This document shows positions 1 to 5,763 of a stretch of 18,030 bases of DNA, piece after piece (the stretch's first letter is position 1; each line of letters opens with the position of its first letter). A model generated the notes under the pieces. It had not been told where the DNA came from. It was given only the letters and a program-made list of their open reading frames with translations, and did no database searches. The DNA is from Pseudobdellovibrionaceae bacterium. Its GTDB lineage: Bacteria > Bdellovibrionota > Bdellovibrionia > Bdellovibrionales > Bdellovibrionaceae. The position numbers and the translations under genes are program-made. The stretch lies in assembly GCA_044359815.1 (NCBI GenBank), contig JBIKLL010000057.1, positions 1 through 18,030 on the forward strand, read 5' to 3'.

Positions 1-47
1 GCTTGCAGAATTGTCGCAATTTGAACATGGTGTTCACGCTTAAACAA
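1..47 (-). CDS. 5' fragment of a probable AbiEii/AbiGii-family nucleotidyltransferase toxin (runs off the window edge)
   Basis: Not in the ORF track. TTG at 47-45 overlaps the last codons and stop of the XRE gene, with GGGAG 7 nt upstream. It reads MFKREHHVQIATILQ(A), resembling the MF-x-R-x-HH-x-x-IA-x-x-L N-terminus I recall for AbiEii-like proteins encoded after this XRE type. Only 15 codons are visible. Confidence 0.6.
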   Translation of the reverse strand, partial: MFKREHHVQIATILQ

Positions 48-504
48 GCAAACGCTCCCGTCCAAAAGCAGCCAGTAGGTTATCTATAAACTCCTTTTCA
101 TCTAAATCCAGTTTTTTGATATCAACGTGACGCCAGTTTCTTTCGTATAATTCAAGCGCCTCTTGGGGACTTAACTCTTTGGTGCCCTTTAACTGCCAAG
201 CCAGCTTTTTCAATTGTCGATATTTTCCAATTCGAATTTTCCTTGGGAGCTTGGGGATTTGTTTTCTAGTTTTTAATTTGTCAGGATTTTGCAATTCAAT
301 TTCAAGCCCCAATGCCATGATCACACTCATGTATGCCCCCACAGAAACAGAGGCTTCCCCGCGCTCGATGCGATGAAGGGTGACTCTAGAAACTTCGGCG
401 GCCTCAGCTGTTGCAACACTGCTGATCTGTAAGTCTTTGCGTCGATCTCGAATAATCTGACCCAGTTTCCTCAGTGCCTTTTGATGGTTCAAATGTTGGC
501 TCAT
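40..504 (-). CDS. XRE-family helix-turn-helix regulator with C-terminal domain; probable antitoxin/autorepressor of an AbiE-like type IV TA pair
   Basis: LGQIIRDRRKDLQISSVATAEAAEVSRVTLHRIERGEASVSVGAYMSVIMALGL is a clear XRE/HipB-type HTH. The C-terminal 'LKKLAWQ...EALELYERNWRHVD' segment is typical of this subgroup. Confidence 0.85.
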   Translation of the reverse strand: MSQHLNHQKALRKLGQIIRDRRKDLQISSVATAEAAEVSRVTLHRIERGEASVSVGAYMSVIMALGLEIELQNPDKLKTRKQIPKLPRKIRIGKYRQLKKLAWQLKGTKELSPQEALELYERNWRHVDIKKLDLDEKEFIDNLLAAFGRERLLV

Positions 505-556
505 ATGTTACTTATTATATACAATATTGTTATTTTGTAAAGTATAAGAAACATAT
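503..556 (-). promoter_or_regulatory. sigma70 promoter overlapped by a 22-bp imperfect inverted repeat (putative autoregulatory operator)
   Basis: Minus strand reads TTTACA(541-536)-16 nt-TATAAT(519-514)-9 nt-ATG. Arms 503-524 and 535-556 match at 18/22 positions as reverse complements, with a 10-bp spacer. Confidence 0.75.
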
Positions 557-618
557 TTTTACATAGACCAAAGACCGTTTCCTCTTGATTTTCGCTTATA
601 TCAAATAAATGTTCCACC

Positions 619-643
619 AAAAGTGCTCACATCCTTGTGAACA
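619..643 (-). terminator. possible intrinsic terminator of the 657..1079 gene
   Basis: Minus strand TGTTCACA-agga-TGTGAGCA (8 bp with one G.U) followed by CTTTT, about 15 nt after the stop. Confidence 0.4.
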
Positions 644-656
644 AATTTGTTTCTTT

Positions 657-1079
657 TTATTCAAGCGGTGTGCAGTAGCCTTGAAAGTGTACGGTTTTAG
701 CTCCGACCTCGATCTTTAACATTGCGCGATCGTACCGAACCAAGTCGCTATTAAGCATCGGCACCATGTACACCAACGAAAATCCATTGCCAGTGTATTG
801 GGTGGACTTTGACCAAGGCTCAATCACCATCAAATGTTCGGCGCTATTGACGTCTCGATTTGCAACCGTTAACCATTCTGACAGATCTTTGTCGTATTTT
901 AACAAATTGATCGAATTCACCATCCCCCTGTCATTCATCTCAATCCGCAGATTTAACTGAAATCTGGCGTCTGCCATTTCAGTATCATCTTGTTCGCACA
1001 TCACAATGTCTTTCATGATGTAATCCGGTTGCGCTTGCGCCGACAGCGCAAGCAGTGTTGTTAGTAGTATCGTTTTCAT
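657..1079 (-). CDS. hypothetical secreted protein (140 aa)
   Basis: Strong RBS (AAGGAGGGG), Sec signal peptide MKTILLTTLLALSAQA and two Cys near the ends of the mature protein. No family recognised. Confidence 0.8.
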   Translation of the reverse strand: MKTILLTTLLALSAQAQPDYIMKDIVMCEQDDTEMADARFQLNLRIEMNDRGMVNSINLLKYDKDLSEWLTVANRDVNSAEHLMVIEPWSKSTQYTGNGFSLVYMVPMLNSDLVRYDRAMLKIEVGAKTVHFQGYCTPLE

Positions 1080-1336
1080 TTCCCCTCCTTAAATTAGGTG
1101 TTTGTGAGGAGGGAATATACTGATGGATTTTCGAGATACAATTTTGTAATTGGAAAGTTATTATGTGGTTTTTGAATACCGAAAAAATTGAAGCGCCACA
1201 CCCGGTGAGGAATTGTGGAGTTTCCTAATAATAAATCCCTCAATTTTAAAATAATGGTCCGAAAGACCTCCGACTAAAAAGTAATCCGGATTTTTCAAAA
1301 ATATTTTTTCAATTGTTTGCTTTGCAAGGCCGGCTG

Positions 1337-1364
1337 AAATAACAAAGGCGCATTGTTTTGCGCC
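1337..1364 (-). terminator. candidate terminator of an antisense (antitoxin) RNA, copy 1
   Basis: Minus strand GGCGCA-aaacaa-TGCGCC followed by TTTGTTATTT. It points opposite to the small ORF and lies upstream of its RBS. Confidence 0.5.
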
Positions 1365-1412
1365 CCCGTAAGATTTTTGGAGACCCCTTTCGGCAGAAAG
1401 GAGAATCTAAAA

Positions 1413-1523
1413 ATGAACAAACGAAACTATTTGTTTATTCGGAAAGTTTTATGGGTAACTAAAGACCTGTTAGTGATCCTTTTTCTTTTGTTAAAGGTCC
1501 TAACAATCCTAAGGCTCGTCTGA
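1413..1523 (+). CDS. small cationic-hydrophobic peptide (36 aa), candidate type I toxin; shorter allele
   Basis: AAGGAG at 1398-1403 and ATG at 1413. Sequence MNKRNYLFIRKVLWVTKDLLVILFLLLKVLTILRLV*. The frame continues past the TGA as PLILQRVQNW* to 1556, matching copy 2. Confidence 0.75.
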   Translation: MNKRNYLFIRKVLWVTKDLLVILFLLLKVLTILRLV

Positions 1524-1652
1524 CCGTTGATTCTCCAACGTGTTCAAAATTGGTGACTGATGCTCCAAGGCTGGACGTTGTACCGTCGAAAGGATGATCC
1601 ATGATGATTTGTACGGGGGCGCTTTTTGTGTGGATGATTTCGCGTTCACAAT

Positions 1653-1684
1653 CCTGCCTAAATTCAACCAAGAACTTAAGCAGG
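1653..1684 (-). terminator. 3' hairpin / possible terminator of the 1703..2398 gene
   Basis: Minus strand CCTGCTTAAGTTC-ttggtt-GAATTTAGGCAGG forms 13 bp with two G.U pairs (A.C mismatches on plus), 18 nt after the stop. The U-tract is weak. Confidence 0.5.
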
Positions 1685-1702
1685 GAATGTTTTTATTCAA
1701 TC

Positions 1703-2398
1703 TTATTTGGTGACGCGCTCAAAGATAGTTTGTTCTTTCAAGCATTCAGCATATTTGCTTTCTTCTACAAATTGAGCATAATCAAAAATTGTAACTAACC
1801 GATTACCCGATACTTTGAAACTAAATTCAAAGGATCTTTCTATGAATTGTTGATTGTTAGCATTAAATTCTTGTTCATAATCCGGGTATCCTGGACACTT
1901 AACTTCAGATTTAATCGGGATTGCTTTTATAAATCCTCCACTTACTTCGTATCTAGTCACACTGGAAATTTGGCATGAAAATGGTTTCTCATATTTTAGA
2001 AGATTTTTTAAAACACTAATACTATTGTTCATAGTTTCAATATCGGACTTCAATCTTTGTAATTCAGCTTCATCACATTTTTTGTAGGTGCCATCTTCAC
2101 ATTTTTTCAGTTCTGAAAGACTATTTATTAAACTTCTATTTGCAGTGACTAACCCACTTTCAATTTTGTTTTGAAAGTACCTAACTTTAAGTATCTCACT
2201 CGACCTCATTGAATCTAAGTCAAAACTCGCTTTTCGAAGTTCCAATACAATTTCATTTATTGAATCTGCAGCAAATACAACTTTGTTTTTTTCAATGCAT
2301 TTTTTTTCGACCATTTTCCAATTGCCTAAAAGTTCCTCGTTGTTAGCCAAAGCCAGGTTTGCAAACAACAAAACACTAATCGTAATAAACAATTTCAT
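1703..2398 (-). CDS. hypothetical secreted protein (231 aa from the likely ATG), possibly a lipocalin-like barrel with a coiled-coil insertion
   Basis: ATG at 2398 with GAGGAAGGA 7 nt upstream. Signal peptide MKLFITISVLLFANLALA, an early 'LLGNWKMV' GxW motif, six Cys and a central heptad-like helix. The DNA is visibly more AT-rich than the housekeeping genes. The fold is inferred. Confidence 0.8.
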   Translation of the reverse strand: MKLFITISVLLFANLALANNEELLGNWKMVEKKCIEKNKVVFAADSINEIVLELRKASFDLDSMRSSEILKVRYFQNKIESGLVTANRSLINSLSELKKCEDGTYKKCDEAELQRLKSDIETMNNSISVLKNLLKYEKPFSCQISSVTRYEVSGGFIKAIPIKSEVKCPGYPDYEQEFNANNQQFIERSFEFSFKVSGNRLVTIFDYAQFVEESKYAECLKEQTIFERVTK

Positions 2399-2446
2399 AA
2401 AATAATCCTTCCTCAAGGTTTTTTGAAATGAACCACAACCCTACTC

Positions 2447-2466
2447 AAAAAAAAAAAAAAAAAAAA
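2447..2466. repeat. A20/T20 homopolymer upstream of the 1703..2398 gene
   Basis: 20 consecutive A on plus, about 49 bp upstream of the ATG at 2398. Confidence 0.9.
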
Positions 2467-2469
2467 CCA

Positions 2470-2487
2470 CTGTCAGGAAAGTGACAG
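2470..2487. promoter_or_regulatory. CTGTCA-N6-TGACAG palindrome (CRP/FNR-family-like operator geometry, or a terminator stem before T20)
   Basis: ctgtca ggaaag tgacag, directly next to the homopolymer. Confidence 0.4.
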
Positions 2488-2608
2488 GTAATGGTTCTAC
2501 GATGATGTTTTTGACGACGGTGACACTTATGGGCAGCTGAAAAACAGATAGTTTAGATATTGGGTGATGCCTGCATTCAATTTTAGATCAAATCGAATTA
2601 AACTGCGC

Positions 2609-2628
2609 TCACTCCGGCGCCGGAGTGA
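2609..2628. repeat. perfect 20-bp GC-rich palindrome
   Basis: TCACTCCGGCGCCGGAGTGA is its own reverse complement. Confidence 0.9.
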
Positions 2629-2704
2629 AAATAAAAAAGCACCCCCGTAAAATCAGTCATGGATTGCCCCTTCGACGGTAAAACGTCCAGCCTTGGAGCA
2701 TCAG

Positions 2705-2848
2705 TCACCAATTTTGAACACGCTGGAGAATCAATGGTTGAACGAGCTTTAAGATTGTTAGGACCTTAATCAATAGAAAAAGAATCACCAACAGGTCTTT
2801 AGTTAACCATAAAACTTTCCGAATAAACAAATACTGTCGTTTATTCAT
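2705..2848 (-). CDS. small cationic-hydrophobic peptide (47 aa), candidate type I toxin; full-length allele
   Basis: Same RBS as copy 1. Sequence MNKRQYLFIRKVLWLTKDLLVILFLLIKVLTILKLVQPLILQRVQNW*. Of 13 codons differing from copy 1, 8 are synonymous, 4 conservative and 1 is CAA versus TGA. Confidence 0.8.
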   Translation of the reverse strand: MNKRQYLFIRKVLWLTKDLLVILFLLIKVLTILKLVQPLILQRVQNW

Positions 2849-2896
2849 TTTTAGATTCTCCTTTCTGCCGAAAGGGGTCTCCAAAAATCTTACGGG

Positions 2897-2923
2897 GGCG
2901 CAAACAATGCGCCTTTGTTATTT
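2897..2923 (+). terminator. candidate terminator of an antisense (antitoxin) RNA, copy 2
   Basis: GGCGCA-aacaa-TGCGCC-TTTGTTATTT. The stem and U-tract are identical to copy 1; the only change is a 1-nt indel in the loop. Confidence 0.5.
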
Positions 2924-3058
2924 CAGCAAGCCTTGCAAAGCAAACAATTGAAAAAATATTTTGGAAAAATCCGGATTACGTTTTGGTCGGAGGTCTTCCG
3001 GACCATTATTTTTATATAGTCCTCAATTTTTTGATTCCAATAAGCTTTTGTTTTGATT

Positions 3059-3232
3059 TAAATCCATCAATTTTAAAAATAATTTGAACTTCTTATTTTA
3101 AAAACGAGTTCGGACGTGAAGCTGCGCGGATGGTTTACATTTTTGATAATAAACTAATGCGCGCAGCTTTGCGCCCGCTGTTTGAGTTTTTAAAATAGAA
3201 AGTTCAAATTATTTTTTAAATTGAGGGATTTA
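3059..3232. repeat. long-hairpin repeat element, copy A (174 bp)
   Basis: Arms 3059-3105 and 3186-3232 are reverse complements at 43/47 positions. They enclose a GC-rich stem (CGGACGTGAAGCTGCGCG / CGCGCAGCTTTGCGCCCG). The core is shared with 8722-8809. Confidence 0.9.
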
Positions 3233-3245
3233 GTATTAGGAAACT

Positions 3246-3272
3246 CCACCACATCCTCATCGGATGTGGCGG
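3246..3272 (-). terminator. hairpin downstream of fadE (probable terminator / 3' stabiliser)
   Basis: Minus strand CCGCCACATCC-gatga-GGATGTGGTGG, 11 bp with one G.U, 20 nt after the fadE stop. The U-tract is poor. Confidence 0.55.
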
Positions 3273-3292
3273 TATATACGGAATTAAACAGA

Positions 3293-5728
3293 TTAGACGG
3301 TGTTGGCTTTAAATTCTGCTTCAGTGAAATCGTCGACCTGTATGGCGTCATATCTGACAGCCGCAGATTCTTTGATTAAAGCGTATTCTTCGGCAGTGAT
3401 CACGCCAGCATTTTTTGCGTCTTCCATGGCCTCTGGTCCCTTTTTCTTGGGGATTTTCTGAGCCTTGATAGCAGCGCGGATTTTGCGGTCAGCAGCCTCT
3501 GCTTTCAAAGTCACAACCATTGCATGATCCAATTTTGCCATCTGCTCTGTCGCAGTATTTTTAGGAAGGTATATTCCCTCAGTCAGCCTTTCACGATGTT
3601 CAAGGTCATTAAGAATGGAAACCACGACTCTGGATCCCAAACCATCACTGCCTTGTGAACCAATCGAATTGATTCGCGACCAACCACCCATCCAGCCTTT
3701 GAAAAACCAACGAAGCCCTGGGACCTTGATGTTGTCATAGATTCCGTCAAAAGCTTTTTGAATCTGCGACAAATTGTGTTTCAAAACAAAATCCACCATT
3801 GGCAAATCATCAGGTCTGCGTCCTTCAGCCTCGTACCTGCGTAAAACTGCACAACTGAAATACATATATGCCAAAATATCTGCAAAACGACCTGTGATTT
3901 TTTCTCGGAATTTCAATGAACCGCCCAAGGCACCCATAGCAATATCCGCTAAAATCGCAAAACTTGCTGAAGCCCACGATAGCCTTCGGTAATATTTTGC
4001 AGTCGGCCCAGACACTGGCGACGATGCCAAATATCCCCGAGTGAAACTCAACAACAAAGCTCTAAAGGAATTCCTGACGATATGACCGATATGACCCCAA
4101 AAAGCGGCATCGAAAGCTTTTAAATCATTTGCTTCAACTGCAGCCACTTCTTTATAAGCATAAGGATGTGCTCGCAAAGCGCCCTGACCAAATACGATTA
4201 AAGTTCTGGTTAAAATATTGGCTCCCTCAACTGTGATACCAATCGGAGTTCCAATATAAATTTGCGCTAGCAAATTTTTTGGTCCCAATGAAATTCCAGC
4301 TCCACCCAAAATATCCATAGCATCAGTAACACAGGCTCGACCCAGTTCCGTCGTATAGTATTTTACCATCGCTGTAATCACTGGTGGTTTGATACCTTTA
4401 TCTAAAGCTCCAAGCGTGTATCTGCGCATGCCTTCCAGACCATAAGTAAATGCAAAAATTCTGGCCAATGGCTCTTCAACGCCTTCAAACTTACCAATGC
4501 TGACACCAAATTGTTGTCTGATCACCGAATGTGCTGAACAAACTCGTGTCGCTAATTTACAAGCGCCCACTGTTTGCGCTGGCAATGAAATACCTCGGCC
4601 AGCAGCCAAACATTCCATCAACATCAGCCAACCCTTACCTGCGTAATCTGTTCCACCAACGATAGCATCGATGGGAACCACAACGTCTTTGCCTTGGGTC
4701 GGACAGTTATAAAACGGCACGCCCAATGGATCATGACGATTACCTAACACCACACCTTTGGTGCTGGATGGAATCAATGCACAAGTGATTCCTAAATCCT
4801 CACCCTTACCCAATAAATTTTTTGGATCGCGCAGTTTGAAAGCTAAACCAATAACCGTCGCCACAGCTGCCAGAGTGATCCATCGTTTGTTCCAGTTTAA
4901 TCTGATATACAGTTTTCCGTCTTCTCCCTTAAATATTTCACCACTTGACGTGATGGCTCCTGCATCCGATCCAGCCAATGGCTCGGTCAAACCGAAACAA
5001 GGGACCTCTATACCCTGAGCCAATCTGGGCAGGTAATGTCTTTTTTGTTCTTCGGTACCATAGTGAATTAATAATTCTGCAGGTCCCAATGAATTGGGCA
5101 CCATTATAGTAACACAGGCCGGGATGGATCGGCTGGCCAGTTTTTGCACGACTTCAGAGTGAGCCATAGCTGTAAATCCCAGTCCGCCGTATTCCTTAGG
5201 AATAATCATCCCGAAAAATTTTTCTTTTTTGATGTAATCCCAGATTTCTTTTTCAAGCTCTCGGGTCTTCCAGACCTTCCATGAATCAATCATTGCACAG
5301 AGTTTATCAACAGGTCCCGCCATAAAGGTTTTTTCTTCTTGGGTTAACTGGGGATAAGGTTCTGCAAGAATTTTTTTAAAATCAGGTTTTCCAGAAAATA
5401 AATCTTTTTCAACCCAAACCACTCCTGCATCCAAAGCGGTGCGCTCTGTTTCAGAGATTTTGGGCATTATACCCCTCATGACTTTCATCACCAGACTTGT
5501 GACCAACATCGATCTGACAGGCTTAATTAAAAACAGCGCAAAAAAAGCTGCGGCTGCAATCATCACATTGACAGAAGCTCCGAATCCATACAGCAGAGCT
5601 AAATCTGCTACCGCCCACAAAATTAATGGGCTTCCCGTGTATCCCAAAATCAAGGTGATTAAAACCGCGCCTAAACTGGCTGCCAAACAAAATTCATTTA
5701 AAAATCCGTAGTAGGGCAATCCTTCCAT
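3293..5728 (-). CDS. fadE: acyl-CoA dehydrogenase, long FadE type
   Basis: 811 aa with N-terminal TM segments, ISETERTALDAG, MVPNSLGPAELL, CFGLTEPLAGSDA, ITVEGANILTR and C-terminal IQVDDF. RBS GAGGAG. Confidence 0.95.
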   Translation of the reverse strand: MEGLPYYGFLNEFCLAASLGAVLITLILGYTGSPLILWAVADLALLYGFGASVNVMIAAAAFFALFLIKPVRSMLVTSLVMKVMRGIMPKISETERTALDAGVVWVEKDLFSGKPDFKKILAEPYPQLTQEEKTFMAGPVDKLCAMIDSWKVWKTRELEKEIWDYIKKEKFFGMIIPKEYGGLGFTAMAHSEVVQKLASRSIPACVTIMVPNSLGPAELLIHYGTEEQKRHYLPRLAQGIEVPCFGLTEPLAGSDAGAITSSGEIFKGEDGKLYIRLNWNKRWITLAAVATVIGLAFKLRDPKNLLGKGEDLGITCALIPSSTKGVVLGNRHDPLGVPFYNCPTQGKDVVVPIDAIVGGTDYAGKGWLMLMECLAAGRGISLPAQTVGACKLATRVCSAHSVIRQQFGVSIGKFEGVEEPLARIFAFTYGLEGMRRYTLGALDKGIKPPVITAMVKYYTTELGRACVTDAMDILGGAGISLGPKNLLAQIYIGTPIGITVEGANILTRTLIVFGQGALRAHPYAYKEVAAVEANDLKAFDAAFWGHIGHIVRNSFRALLLSFTRGYLASSPVSGPTAKYYRRLSWASASFAILADIAMGALGGSLKFREKITGRFADILAYMYFSCAVLRRYEAEGRRPDDLPMVDFVLKHNLSQIQKAFDGIYDNIKVPGLRWFFKGWMGGWSRINSIGSQGSDGLGSRVVVSILNDLEHRERLTEGIYLPKNTATEQMAKLDHAMVVTLKAEAADRKIRAAIKAQKIPKKKGPEAMEDAKNAGVITAEEYALIKESAAVRYDAIQVDDFTEAEFKANTV

Positions 5729-5763
5729 CGTGTACTCCTCATGCTGTGTTTTTCTTCTTGAAT

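Larger units (their letters stand above)
1194..1627 (+). repeat. copy 1 of a ~430-bp module, inverted relative to 2634..3271
   Basis: 1248-1627 aligns to the reverse complement of 2634-3012 (about 31 differences in ~380 nt by hand count). 1194-1255 aligns to the reverse complement of 3208-3271. Confidence 0.95.
2634..3271 (-). repeat. copy 2 of the inverted module, with an extra 203 bp that carries the core of hairpin element A
   Basis: Reverse-complement match to 1194-1627. The extra segment lies between ATTATTTTT direct repeats at 3005-3013 and 3208-3216. Confidence 0.95.

Noticed and set aside
1081..1115. Anti-SD hairpin (TTCCCTCCT / AGGAGGGGA) upstream of the 657..1079 gene
   Set aside because: The 9-bp pairing is real, but a plausible promoter (TTGTAT-16-TATATT, -10 at 1119-1114) would start transcription near 1107 and exclude the anti-SD arm. 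This cannot be resolved without a TSS.
1256..1410. Known riboswitch or SRP RNA (GGTCCGAAAGACC / GGTCCGGAAG; c-di-GMP-like GAAA loops)
   Set aside because: Only a short motif resembles them. The SRP CAGG...AGCAG context and the c-di-GMP-I two-stem consensus are not recognisable. An Rfam scan would be decisive.
1521..1523. TGA recoded genome-wide (genetic code 4 or 25)
   Set aside because: oppA and oppB end in TGA at their expected C-termini, oppA with ATGA coupling, and the long genes have no in-frame TGA.
1459..1798. Track ORFs 1459..1671(-), 1509..1700(-) and 1601..1798(+)
   Set aside because: They lack clear RBSs and start or end outside the duplicated module. The copy-to-copy substitution pattern fits the 1413 plus frame, and the 1459..1671 frame meets an earlier stop in copy 2.
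2900..2914. sigma54-like AGGCGCA-TTGT-TTGC on the minus strand in module copy 2
   Set aside because: The spacing is broken by one base in copy 1, and the sequence is already explained by the hairpin.
3059..3232. Hairpin elements as integron attC sites
   Set aside because: They have no proper RYYYAAC/GTTRRRY ends, copy B (301 bp) is far longer than known attC sites, the flanking genes are housekeeping, and no integrase is seen.
1194..3271. Composite transposon or IS pair
   Set aside because: The repeats encode no transposase, have no terminal inverted repeats of their own, and I see no target-site duplication at the outer ends.
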